Virus record (IMG/VR): IMGVR_UViG_3300027985_000843
Span: 186,001 to 250,000 of that record
Reading direction: 5' to 3' (one strand)
DNA: 64,000 nucleotides
The notes below the pieces were generated by a model that saw nothing but the letters and a program-made list of their open reading frames with translations, was not told the DNA's origin and did no database searches. This document shows, piece by piece, positions 18,056 to 27,613 of the stretch (the stretch's first letter is position 1; each line of letters opens with the position of its first letter). Position numbers and translations under genes: made by a program.

Positions 18056-20953
18056 TCAGGGAGCGAGCGCTTCGCCGTTTTCTTCTCTGCCCGTCTCGAC
18101 GGCCGAGGACTGGTCATCGTTGTAGGCATTCATGAAGGGCTCGTCCGCGTCCGTCTGCACCGGCTGATGGGGGTTCCGGAACGTGTCCATGTAGGGCTCA
18201 TCCGAGTCGCGCTGATGCACGGCGCCCATGACCTCCCGGCGACGACGCTCCCACGACTCCCTGCCGAAGGCGTTGATCTCGAAGTTGTCCGCCATCCGGT
18301 CGAGGGCGTTGACCATCTTCTTGGCCTCTTCCATGGGGAGGCCCCACTGGTTGTAGCCCGCTTGAATCTCCCTTGCGGTCTCGTCGAGCTTGGTCAGAAC
18401 GCTGCTCGCCATCTTCTTCTGTTCGGCCGATAGCTTGGTCGTCATTGTGTCGGTCTCCCGTTGGTCGCTTGCATGGACCTCACATGGTGGTGAGGCACAA
18501 GTAGATTTCGCTTCCCGATTGAGGGTTTCTTCACCCGACAGACGGCCGAGAAGCATGTTGTACCGAGAAGGGTCGATGGCCCGGTTGTACGGGCTCGCCT
18601 GGATGGCGAGGTCCAGAGCCGCACGAAACCTTGCATCCGGAAGCATTCCGTCGATGTTCCGAGAGAGCATTGGCGTCTGGAGCCACTTCTTGGCGTTCGC
18701 CAAGATGATTCCGTAGTCCGTCTCCCCGATGTCCCGTTGGTGAGCGGGTTGCCACTCGGGGTACGGGCCTGGGTCCTGTTCGTACGGATCAACCCCGTGG
18801 TAGACGGCGGTCTTGTCGGATTGGTGTTCCATCGCCGATCCTCTTGAATAAATAGAATCTACGAACCGGGCCACTACGCGGGCAGTCTTCCCGGGCTCGG
18901 CACCCTTGTCAGACGGGGCTACGGTGGCTCGTTCGAGGGCCTTGTCCCGCTTGGCCTTGGACTCCTCCGGAGAAGCTAGACGTGCCGGGCGTAGGGGCTC
19001 TTGGGGCTCGGGCTCGTCGGAGGGCTTGTCTCGATAGGTCGTGACCTTGTCGAGCCATTCAGCGTGTTCCTTCTGCCACAGCTTGTAGTCCCGTTCGTAC
19101 TCCTGAACATCCATCTTGTCGACGATAGCCTGGACGTCTGGGTACTTGTCCGGGTTCAAGACCAGTAGGCGGTCAAGGATACGCTTACGAAATAGGGGGG
19201 CCGCCATAGGGGTTTTTCGAACCCCATACAAGCGAGCACGCTTCTCAAAGAAGTCGTTGGCCTTCTTGAGAGTGCTTGCGATCTTCGAGGGATTGTCCCA
19301 CTCAGACAGCTTCGAACCGAAACGTTCCTTCGCTACCTGGTAGTCATTGCCCATGAAGAAGGCTTGTGCGATCTCCTTGGTCGCAAGATCCAACTTCCCC
19401 AACAGCTTCTGAGCTGACTTCGGGGGAATGTCATGAGCCTGGCCTGACTCGATCATGGTATCGAAGGCCGTCTGAGCCATGCCCCGAGTGTCACCCTTGG
19501 GCGACAACATGGCACCGGCCACGAGGCTCAACATTTCCTCAGGAAACTCGCCCCGGCCCGTCGCAGAGTGCGTCTGCAAGGAAGCTGCGATCTGCTCTCT
19601 CGCAGCCAAGCTCATGGCAACGATCTGCGTCTGGTGTTTGACGTAGGCGTCAGCCTTCTCTTTCGGACTCAGATCGTCGAACGGGACTTCTTGACCGTCT
19701 TTCTCCCACGTCTTCGGGGGCTCAACCTCGTCCATGTCGGTCGTGTAGACCTTGGAGATGGACTCAGCGAACTTCTGAGGATCCTTGACAGGCTCGTTCT
19801 TCGCCAACAGATACTCGTTGATCAGGTTACGGGCGTCATGCGGGTGAAGGTTCATCGCAATGAAGCGATCGGCGATCTCTGGAGGGAAGGTCAGAGCAAG
19901 GTCGACCTCCATCTTGTTCTTCTCTGCGGGCGTAGGCTCCGGCCGAGAAGGCTTCGAGATGCCGTGTGCTTCGGCAATTGTCTCAGGCTCGGGCTCCTTC
20001 TTGCTCGGCTTTCCCTTGGCCGGCTTCTTGGGCTTTTTCTCAGCCGGCTTCTTGGGTTTTTTCTCAGCTGGCTTCTTGGGCCCTTCCTCGGCCGGTTTTG
20101 CCTCTTCCTCGGCTGGCTGCCCTTCCGCAGGGGCTTCGTCCTTCTTTGGGGGCTGGGCCTCTTCTGGGGGCTGTTCCGTCGGCTTGTCGGGTTCTTGTGA
20201 AGGGTCCTCGAACCTGGGCTCTTCCGGTTTGGACTCCTCAGGCTTGGGAGCTGGCGCGGGCTCAGGCTTGGGCTCCTCAGGCTTGGGCTCCTCAGGCTTG
20301 GGCTCCTCAGGCTTCGGTGGTTCGAACTGAAGAGCCTTTTGCAGGTCCCCGAGGGTCTTGATACCTGGGGGCATCTTGACGTCTTTGAAGTACCCGCCAA
20401 ACGTCAAGGGCAGATGAGGGTTGTACTTCACGTCCTGGCCTATGCCCGGACGTGAAGTGTTCATGAGATACCCGAACCCCTTTGCTACGTTGGGATTGCT
20501 CTTTGCCAACTCCTGCAAGGCGGCATGCGTCTCAGCGGGGTCTGGCTCGGGCTCAGGCTTCGGTTGAGAGTCTTCCTTTGGAGAGGGTTCTGGGGCTTCT
20601 GGAGTCTTCGGAGATTCCTTGTCCGGCTCAGCCTCGATCTTCTCGTACTTGCCAGGGTTCTCTTTGAGGGTCTTGGGAGACACGCCGCCGGGAACAGGCT
20701 TCCCTGTCTCTCGATTGACGACGGGGATGTTTTTGCGAGCAGCCCACAACGTGATCACTCGTTGAACGGAGCCGCCGACATTCTTGCGGTTGAGGCTCAG
20801 GTCCTTGTCCTGTTCCTCTTCCTCGGAAGTATCCATGCGCTCGCGACGACGATCCCGACGAGGAGGCTTGAGCTTCGGGCTCTCTCGAACCAGACGCTCC
20901 GCCTCTTCGTCCTCTCGCTCGGGCTCAGTCTTCTTGGACCAACGATCTGCCAT
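18056..20953 (-). CDS. Large multi-segment head-associated protein (965 aa) with Pro/Glu/Lys repeats
   Basis: Long ORF between portal and protease with PKPEE and KKPAE repeats. Confidence 0.7.
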   Translation of the reverse strand: MADRWSKKTEPEREDEEAERLVRESPKLKPPRRDRRRERMDTSEEEEQDKDLSLNRKNVGGSVQRVITLWAARKNIPVVNRETGKPVPGGVSPKTLKENPGKYEKIEAEPDKESPKTPEAPEPSPKEDSQPKPEPEPDPAETHAALQELAKSNPNVAKGFGYLMNTSRPGIGQDVKYNPHLPLTFGGYFKDVKMPPGIKTLGDLQKALQFEPPKPEEPKPEEPKPEEPKPEPAPAPKPEESKPEEPRFEDPSQEPDKPTEQPPEEAQPPKKDEAPAEGQPAEEEAKPAEEGPKKPAEKKPKKPAEKKPKKPAKGKPSKKEPEPETIAEAHGISKPSRPEPTPAEKNKMEVDLALTFPPEIADRFIAMNLHPHDARNLINEYLLAKNEPVKDPQKFAESISKVYTTDMDEVEPPKTWEKDGQEVPFDDLSPKEKADAYVKHQTQIVAMSLAAREQIAASLQTHSATGRGEFPEEMLSLVAGAMLSPKGDTRGMAQTAFDTMIESGQAHDIPPKSAQKLLGKLDLATKEIAQAFFMGNDYQVAKERFGSKLSEWDNPSKIASTLKKANDFFEKRARLYGVRKTPMAAPLFRKRILDRLLVLNPDKYPDVQAIVDKMDVQEYERDYKLWQKEHAEWLDKVTTYRDKPSDEPEPQEPLRPARLASPEESKAKRDKALERATVAPSDKGAEPGKTARVVARFVDSIYSRGSAMEHQSDKTAVYHGVDPYEQDPGPYPEWQPAHQRDIGETDYGIILANAKKWLQTPMLSRNIDGMLPDARFRAALDLAIQASPYNRAIDPSRYNMLLGRLSGEETLNREAKSTCASPPCEVHASDQRETDTMTTKLSAEQKKMASSVLTKLDETAREIQAGYNQWGLPMEEAKKMVNALDRMADNFEINAFGRESWERRRREVMGAVHQRDSDEPYMDTFRNPHQPVQTDADEPFMNAYNDDQSSAVETGREENGEALAP
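20261..20314. repeat. 15-bp tandem repeat encoding PKPEE
   Basis: ctcaggcttgggctc three times, plus a partial copy. Confidence 0.9.
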
Positions 20954-20974
20954 TGATCCTACGGGCGTATAGAA

Positions 20975-22807
20975 TCAGAACCGACCCCCGCCGCCCTCAT
21001 CGCCACCCGGGGCCTTCATTTTGAGGCTCATGTACTTGGCGACTCTCTCGACGATGTCCGTGTTTTCAGCAAGCATACGGCCGACCTCGGAGTAGACGCT
21101 TCGCAGGACCTCGTTGAAGGTGGCGTCATTCACGGTAAGCATATCGTCTTCGAGCTGGACTCTGGTGTCGTCCGGATCGATTCCGAGAGCTTCGAGAACG
21201 AGGCCCACGCCAATAGAGCCCTTCGTGTACATGTTGAAGATGGCATCGAAGTAGTCTTGGCTGTCCCGCAGCGGCTGACGCGTGAAGCTCAGTTTGGGAT
21301 ACAGCACGACTTCCTGGCCCCACTTGTCTGTCTCGACGAAGCCCATGCGGCGAGCCACCGGCTTGAACAAGAACTCCTCGACGTATTCCTGGAGGCGCTC
21401 TCGCAGGTGGATGTACCGCTGGTTGATGACTTCGAGCTTGAGACGATCCCCGCTGTAGAGCGACTCGCCACTCATGAGAGACTCAGTGACCCCCAACCCA
21501 GTGATGAGCCGGCGTTCCGCCTGTTCATACTCCACGCTGAGGTCCAGGAGACGATCACGCGCCCCCATTTCCTCCCAGTGAATCTCGTAGTTGGCAACGA
21601 TCGTGTAATCAGGGTCGACGAGAGACAGGTCCACCTGCTCACGAAGGTCCTCGACATCCACGTCACTCAGACCCTCAGCCCACACGATGCGCTTCGGCGT
21701 CATGGCTCTGGAAGCAATGCTTGTCTGAGCCTGACGGAGCTTGTCACGGTAGATCAACGTGTGCATGCATCGCCGTAGGATGCTCTGCCCTAGCTCTTCG
21801 TCGGCCCCCTTGCGGCCGGACAACAGATAGACGAAGCTGCCCTCATCAGGGTCTGTGCCGAGAGGGATCAGACGATTCTGCTCGATGTACAGCCGGACCT
21901 CTTCCGGAATCTCGTTCAGAATTTCCTCAGCCGTGGGATCCCCCGAGTGAGCTTGTTCTACCAGCCGGCGATCTCGGTCGGAAGGGATCAACTCGACCTT
22001 CGACTTGTTCGAGAACGGGTAGGCCGTGATTTTCACCTGGTCGATGGGCAGAACGATGAGCTTGTCCCAGCCCATGTAGTGCTTCTGGTAGTAGGCCAGC
22101 TCCTGGTCCTCGCGGTCGGTCTTCTCGACCCAGGTGTACTCTTCTTGCTCGACAGGAGTGCCATCGTCTCGCAAGACAGACGTGACTCCCTTGTGTACGT
22201 CATGCCCGATCTCTTGAGGCACGTCGACGGTACCATCCTCCGCGAAGATCGCGCACACACCGTCCAGCCAGTAGTGGTGCGTCATCGTGATGAGGCTGCT
22301 GAACATGCGGGTGTGATCACACATCCGCTGGAATCTGCTGAGGATGTACTTGCTGTAGTCGTGAGGGTCCTCGAAGCCAGCCGGACAGGTCCGGGGCTTC
22401 GGTGGTGTGAGTCTGACCTTCGACAAGGGCAGCTCGGTGTGCAGGTCGATGGCCTGACCGACGATCTCATCGTTGTTGTAGAAATGCCGGTAGATCTCCC
22501 TCCACTCACGGATGGATTGCGGCATCTCAAGGAAGTCAGTCGAGAGCTGGACCGAGAAGAAGTTGTCGTTCCCGCTCATGACGGTGTTCATGCCCATGCC
22601 GCCACCGGAGTAGCCGCCACCACCGCCACCGAAACAGCTGGCCTTCTTGGTCTCTTTCGCCTGTTGGCGAGCGAGCCTTTCCTTGGGGGTGAGCTGATTC
22701 GAAAACTTCTGAGCCACGTAGGGTTTCACCTGGGGTGTGGTTCTGACTCGGGTCTGAACCAGATACTGGGGGGCTCGACCCGCATTGGTGAATGGGCTGT
22801 CAGGCAT
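20975..22807 (-). CDS. Portal protein
   Basis: STDFLEMP..YRHFY..IVGQAIDLHTELPLSK..SILRRCMH..MTPKRIV pattern. 610 aa, between terminase and protease. Confidence 0.75.
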   Translation of the reverse strand: MPDSPFTNAGRAPQYLVQTRVRTTPQVKPYVAQKFSNQLTPKERLARQQAKETKKASCFGGGGGGYSGGGMGMNTVMSGNDNFFSVQLSTDFLEMPQSIREWREIYRHFYNNDEIVGQAIDLHTELPLSKVRLTPPKPRTCPAGFEDPHDYSKYILSRFQRMCDHTRMFSSLITMTHHYWLDGVCAIFAEDGTVDVPQEIGHDVHKGVTSVLRDDGTPVEQEEYTWVEKTDREDQELAYYQKHYMGWDKLIVLPIDQVKITAYPFSNKSKVELIPSDRDRRLVEQAHSGDPTAEEILNEIPEEVRLYIEQNRLIPLGTDPDEGSFVYLLSGRKGADEELGQSILRRCMHTLIYRDKLRQAQTSIASRAMTPKRIVWAEGLSDVDVEDLREQVDLSLVDPDYTIVANYEIHWEEMGARDRLLDLSVEYEQAERRLITGLGVTESLMSGESLYSGDRLKLEVINQRYIHLRERLQEYVEEFLFKPVARRMGFVETDKWGQEVVLYPKLSFTRQPLRDSQDYFDAIFNMYTKGSIGVGLVLEALGIDPDDTRVQLEDDMLTVNDATFNEVLRSVYSEVGRMLAENTDIVERVAKYMSLKMKAPGGDEGGGGRF

Positions 22808-23291
22808 TGGTCACGCCCTCCTGATCGTCATCGTCCTCGAAGCTGCCGAACAGTTCCTCGAAGTCGTTGTCCGACCCTTGCAATTCGAGCATCCTTCGCT
22901 GGTTCTCAGCTTCCTGCCGAGCCTTGTCTTCTCGTCGCTGCCTTTGCGCGGCAATCCTCTCCTGCTCCCTCTTCTCGGCCTCACCGATCTTGAGGACCTT
23001 GTCCAGAGAGGCGGTCCGCCTGGATACCTGTAGCACCACACCAGCCATCCGAAGGTTGGCATTCGTGTACATAACCACGGAGCTGGAACTCTCAGTAGGG
23101 CTCCGACGAACGCGGGTTCTGAGCTTGTCGCACATTTCCTGGAGTCTCGACGCGAGGACCTCCAGCTCGTCACGAATCTTCTGAATTTCAGCGATGTCTG
23201 CCTGGACTTCTTTCGCCTGACGACGCTCGGCCCCTTCCCTCTCCTGGAAAAGGCGCTCTCGGGCTTGTTGTAGGGGCGTTTCAGGCATCAC
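22800..23291 (-). CDS. Coiled-coil hypothetical protein
   Basis: Glu/Arg/Gln-rich heptads and a RRTASL motif. Confidence 0.55.
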   Translation of the reverse strand: MMPETPLQQARERLFQEREGAERRQAKEVQADIAEIQKIRDELEVLASRLQEMCDKLRTRVRRSPTESSSSVVMYTNANLRMAGVVLQVSRRTASLDKVLKIGEAEKREQERIAAQRQRREDKARQEAENQRRMLELQGSDNDFEELFGSFEDDDDQEGVTNA

Positions 23292-23800
23292 ATCACCGTC
23301 TGGATCCCTAGAAACCAGTTGTTCTGTGCCTTGGGCACCTGAGCAACAACCCCCGCAAGAGGTGCGGGAGCCTTCACGTGTCCAGACGCCGTAAGCTCGT
23401 CTTCAGGGGTCCAGTAGCCTCGAAGCGACAAGTAGAGTTTCTGGTTCGGGCTGAACGACAACGGTACCAGAGGGCCTGCTTGACGAGAAGCCCAGGTGTA
23501 TCGCTCGTAGGTCGACGTACTGAGTAGGGATGCTCCGGATAGCATCGTGGCGAACCGGTAGTGGGGCTGGTTTCGGGTCGTGGCCGTGTAGTCATCCGCC
23601 GATTCGTCGGAGCCCCATACGAGAAAGCCACCGAACAGACCATAGGAAAAGGTCACGGTGAACTCGTCGGGGGAAGCGGTCCATTGGACGCCCTGACCTC
23701 CGGCCCAGCCTTGTGCCACGAGCGCGTCGTCCACGGTCACAGTGTACGCGTCGTCCTTGAAAAAGACAATGCAATCACGAGAGCGAAGAATCTCTGCCAT
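23288..23800 (-). CDS. Decoration-protein paralogue 1
   Basis: Aligns by eye along its full length with 23800..24321 and in its C-terminal half with 13412..14035. Confidence 0.6.
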   Translation of the reverse strand: MAEILRSRDCIVFFKDDAYTVTVDDALVAQGWAGGQGVQWTASPDEFTVTFSYGLFGGFLVWGSDESADDYTATTRNQPHYRFATMLSGASLLSTSTYERYTWASRQAGPLVPLSFSPNQKLYLSLRGYWTPEDELTASGHVKAPAPLAGVVAQVPKAQNNWFLGIQTVM

Positions 23801-24321
23801 CAGATTCTCACCTGCAAAGTGATGTAGTTGTCGGTCAATGCCGAGGGAGGCTTGACCACGACCCCCACCACATTTTCATTTGGGGCCCGAGGGTCGCCCG
23901 ACAGGGTCCACTCATCCTCGTTGGTGAAGAGACCTCGCAGAGAAAACACGACGTCGTCCTGTTCCTGGTAGGTAATCTCCACGAGAGGGCCGCCAGCCAA
24001 CCGACTGGCGTAGGTGTAGCGCTCGAAAGAACGAGTGGCGAGAAGCCACCCGCCGAACCCGAAGACACAGAACCGGTAGTGTGGCTGGTTCCGCGTCATC
24101 GACGTGAAACGATCGCTGTCCTCGTCGGACCCCCACAGGAGAAAGCCTTGGGCCGCTCCGTCCGACAGCTCCACGGTGAACTCATCCCTCGTGGCATCGA
24201 ACCATTGACCGGCCTGGCCTCCGACCCAACCCTGCTGGGCCGTGCTCTCGCTCACGGCCACCGCATAGGTGTCGCCCTTCTTGAAAACAATCAGGTCCCG
24301 GCTGCGAATGACCTCCGGCAT
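23800..24321 (-). CDS. Decoration-protein paralogue 2
   Basis: MPEVIRSRDLIVFKKGD versus MAEILRSRDCIVFFKDD. Both share RNQPHYRF. Confidence 0.6.
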   Translation of the reverse strand: MPEVIRSRDLIVFKKGDTYAVAVSESTAQQGWVGGQAGQWFDATRDEFTVELSDGAAQGFLLWGSDEDSDRFTSMTRNQPHYRFCVFGFGGWLLATRSFERYTYASRLAGGPLVEITYQEQDDVVFSLRGLFTNEDEWTLSGDPRAPNENVVGVVVKPPSALTDNYITLQVRI

Positions 24322-24602
24322 CAGGTCACCTCGATCTCCCGCTGGTTCTTACGGTTGCTGCCCCAGGTCTGAACGATCTGGTTCAGAAGACCGATGTGCT
24401 TGGCGTCGCCTAGGGCCACGCTTTCCCACAAGCCCCCAAGGTGACGGAAGACCGTCCGCATCAGGAGGTAGTCAGCGGGCAGCACCATGAGTTCGCCGCC
24501 AAACAGGTTGTCAACGAACTGCCGGATCGAACGATCCGAGAAGGCGAGGGGAACCTTATCTTCCACGGAGCCTCCCAATAGACCGCGCACCAGGAACGAC
24601 AC
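24321..24602 (-). CDS. Hypothetical protein (93 aa)
   Basis: GTG start with AGGAG upstream. Overlaps the end of the terminase gene. Confidence 0.5.
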   Translation of the reverse strand: MSFLVRGLLGGSVEDKVPLAFSDRSIRQFVDNLFGGELMVLPADYLLMRTVFRHLGGLWESVALGDAKHIGLLNQIVQTWGSNRKNQREIEVT

Positions 24603-26562
24603 GGTCTCCTATGCCGCCGTGGCGTCTCGCTCGAACCATCTGGTAACGCTCTGGAGTCATGGTCGTAACTGCTCGTGGCCGGCCCGCATTGTATCGACCC
24701 GTGGCAGCGTGCTTGGTGTTGAGCATGGCATCCACGCTCAACCAGACGCTTCTCACCAAAGCATCACTCACGTCGTCATGAGCACCCCGCTTGGGAGGAG
24801 CCTCCACGAGGACGATATTCTTGCTGATTTGACGGGCCTGGAGAGAAAACAGCTCTCGAATGAGAGACGAGTGTCTTTCGTCCTCGGCCCCCATCTCCGG
24901 GAGGGGAAAGTCATACAGCTCCAACCGTTCGTCGAACATCATCAGCTTGGCCGTCTGGAAGAGCTTAGATGTTGCGTCTCGGGTGAAGAACTGCGCAGTG
25001 AACTGCTTGAGCCCTCGCTTGTGCAGTGTCTGCTCCAACGGGATGCCGTTCCACCGGTCGAATAGTCCAGCCGTGATGTGAAACCGCAAGCACAGGGTGG
25101 AGATCCAATCAGCAATGGCGTCGAAGTCCAACCGCTCGACGTCGCGAAGGATCTTGGCGTAGTCCGTGGTGAAGTCCGAGCCCAGATGCGGATTGGTCTC
25201 CCGCCAGTCTTTGCCCGCGTACCACACCTCGTGGTAGTCGAGGATGACCCTGTCCTCTTCGACGTGCGTGATGGCGATGGCCGTGCCGTCATCCACCAAG
25301 CCAACGTCGACGCCCATCTGGTGAGGGGCCTTCGGACGTCCTCGCGTGAGGGGCCGTCTGACCGGACTGACGCACGCTAGGAGGTCGTTCTTTCTCTCGA
25401 TCCACCCAACGGACTGGTCGCTGAACTCGGCCCCGTATTCGGTGGCGTACGAGCGAGGGTCTGCGTGGTACGCCTCGCGGAACGCACTCGACGGGACCGT
25501 CGGATTGATCTCCCAAGTGGGAGCCTGGATCGCCAAGATGTTCTCGGAACCCTCGCCCCCGCCCATGGCCTGCTCAAACTTCTCGTAGAACTTGCCCGAC
25601 TTGCCGAGAGGACTGGAGATCAGAATTATGCGTGACTCGACGGGGGATTCTTCCCCTGTGGTGGGATCAACCCACACGCGTTTGGTTAGGGGGTTCTTCC
25701 GAGAAAAGGCGTTCTTCGACGGAGCGACGGCCTCATAGATTTCCTTCGCAGAGCTGCTGCCCTTATCGATGAAGTGGGCCACCTCGTCGAGAATGATGAC
25801 GATGTTGCCAGCGCCTCGAAGGCCCTTAGCGATGCAGCTCTTGAACGTGGTGCGGAGGGTCGCCTTGCCATTGAGTGAAACGAACTTGCCGTCCTCTTGC
25901 CGGACGTTTGGTCCGAACTTCTCGATGTCATACGGCGTGCGGAAATCCACCCACCCCTTCGTGTTGCTGGCGATGTAGGGGGCGAAGTAGTCGCACTTTG
26001 CAAGGTGGCTTGTGACCTCGTTGAACAGCAGGCCCGCTTGTTCCTTGTCAGTCGCGACGCTGATGAGCTGGATGCGGTTGCCGTTGGGCAAACCGTAGTA
26101 TGCCTGCGGATTGTACAGGTTGAGGAGTCGGTAGATCTCGTAGCTGGCGAAGATGCCCGACAGGGTTGTCTTGCCGCTACGGCGACCAATCGCGAGGACC
26201 AGCTCACGTCGAATGTGGTCCTGCTCGCCGATGTTGCACCGGCCCTCGTTGTACAAGTACGAGAGGTACTCTCGCTCAGTGAAGGTGAAGCGCACCTTCT
26301 CACCAAACATGTCCCGCACTTGGATCTGAAGGTGCTCTTGTTCCGGCAGCGTCTCGTCAAGCGGGATGTTGTAGTACAGCTTGACGATGACTCTCTGTGC
26401 CGGATAGAGAACCATGTCGAGCCCCCAGGGGGACTCGATGTAGTCGAGGATGGAGAAGATTCTTGGGGCCCCATCGGAGCCGACCTCAGACTGATTACGC
26501 TTGGCGTCTCGGCCTACAGATCGAACCAGTGAGGCAAGTCCCGTCTTGCGTCTTTCTGCCAC
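24556..26562 (-). CDS. terL: Terminase large subunit
   Basis: Walker A GRRSGKTT, Walker B IILDE, ILISSP, and nuclease motifs MGVDVG and HDDVSDA. Confidence 0.9.
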   Translation of the reverse strand: MAERRKTGLASLVRSVGRDAKRNQSEVGSDGAPRIFSILDYIESPWGLDMVLYPAQRVIVKLYYNIPLDETLPEQEHLQIQVRDMFGEKVRFTFTEREYLSYLYNEGRCNIGEQDHIRRELVLAIGRRSGKTTLSGIFASYEIYRLLNLYNPQAYYGLPNGNRIQLISVATDKEQAGLLFNEVTSHLAKCDYFAPYIASNTKGWVDFRTPYDIEKFGPNVRQEDGKFVSLNGKATLRTTFKSCIAKGLRGAGNIVIILDEVAHFIDKGSSSAKEIYEAVAPSKNAFSRKNPLTKRVWVDPTTGEESPVESRIILISSPLGKSGKFYEKFEQAMGGGEGSENILAIQAPTWEINPTVPSSAFREAYHADPRSYATEYGAEFSDQSVGWIERKNDLLACVSPVRRPLTRGRPKAPHQMGVDVGLVDDGTAIAITHVEEDRVILDYHEVWYAGKDWRETNPHLGSDFTTDYAKILRDVERLDFDAIADWISTLCLRFHITAGLFDRWNGIPLEQTLHKRGLKQFTAQFFTRDATSKLFQTAKLMMFDERLELYDFPLPEMGAEDERHSSLIRELFSLQARQISKNIVLVEAPPKRGAHDDVSDALVRSVWLSVDAMLNTKHAATGRYNAGRPRAVTTMTPERYQMVRARRHGGIGDRVVPGARSIGRLRGR

Positions 26563-26565
26563 GGG

Positions 26566-27255
26566 TCACCTCACGATCTCGTTGGCCTTGTCCTCCCACC
26601 CTTCCAGCCTGGTCTCCAGTCTGTTCCAGATGAGGTCGAACTGTTCCTCGGGCAGCATGTCGTGCAGCACATCCCGGAACACTTCGAGGAACATGGCGAA
26701 GACTCGCTGAAGTCTCTCGTCTCGTAGGTTCAACGTCGAAGCGTTGAAGTGAGCGATCTCTTTCTCGATGCTCGCAACTTCCTTGAGGGCCGCGATACGT
26801 CGGGACGTGATCTGCGAGATCTCCTTGGCCGTGTTGCGACGCTTCTGTAGCTCCAGCTGTTGAAACTCCAGACTGGCGGCAGCCATTGCGATCTGCTCTT
26901 GAAGTGCCTTGAGCTTCAGCAGCGAGGGGGCATCCCCTCGGACAGACTTGACGACGTCGTTGTTGTCCATCATCTCGGCCTGACGCCGCATCATCTCTTC
27001 GTGATACTGGACGTCGTCCCAGTCCGGGCGACGGTCAGTCTTGAGGGGCGCACCCCTCCGACGCTTGGGAGCGGTTTGGATTGGGACCACGGCGGCGGTC
27101 TTCAAAACCTGCTGCGTGTGGCCGCTGGGTTCGACAGGGTCAGACGCTTCTGCCTCGGCTAGCTCCCCGAGGATCTCGTTGACCTTCTCGTCAGTGATGG
27201 CGGTGTTTCCGTCAACCATGACTCTACTTCCCTTCCGGTCCGCCTTCTCCTCCAC
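26566..27255 (-). CDS. Probable terminase small subunit
   Basis: Helical 229-aa ORF immediately upstream of terL. The call rests on position. Confidence 0.45.
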   Translation of the reverse strand: MEEKADRKGSRVMVDGNTAITDEKVNEILGELAEAEASDPVEPSGHTQQVLKTAAVVPIQTAPKRRRGAPLKTDRRPDWDDVQYHEEMMRRQAEMMDNNDVVKSVRGDAPSLLKLKALQEQIAMAAASLEFQQLELQKRRNTAKEISQITSRRIAALKEVASIEKEIAHFNASTLNLRDERLQRVFAMFLEVFRDVLHDMLPEEQFDLIWNRLETRLEGWEDKANEIVR

Positions 27256-27613
27256 CTTCCGTTCGGATCAGATACTGGCTGAGGTTGTCGACCGTCTCGT
27301 GGCCCTTGTCCTTCTGGATCTGTCGATCCACGGCATCCGAGAGGTCTTTGCCCGTCTCAGCAAATTCACGAACCCCCACGTTCTTTGGCAGTGGGGGGTA
27401 AAACACGTCTCGCGGGGTTACGTCATCCTTATCGGGTTTGGTGATGCCGTCTCCCTTGCTCTTGGACTTGCCCTCGTCTTCAATGGTCTTCCTACCAACA
27501 CCTTTCGGCTTGTTGATAGGTCTCACCATGTCACGCACGTGTTTGCGTTGTCCGGGCTGCTGGTCTGCCTGGAGAAGGTATCGGGCAACAACGCGAGCCG
27601 TGAGCTTGTTCAC
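27224..27613 (-). CDS. Small putative internal protein
   Basis: Begins MNKLTARVVARYL, followed by a disordered charged body. Confidence 0.55.
   Translation of the reverse strand: MNKLTARVVARYLLQADQQPGQRKHVRDMVRPINKPKGVGRKTIEDEGKSKSKGDGITKPDKDDVTPRDVFYPPLPKNVGVREFAETGKDLSDAVDRQIQKDKGHETVDNLSQYLIRTEGGGEGGPEGK

Noticed and set aside
14701-20314. Tandem repeats as a CRISPR-like or regulatory array
   Set aside because: All have periods that are multiples of three, lie in frame inside genes and encode low-complexity linkers. There are no unique spacers.
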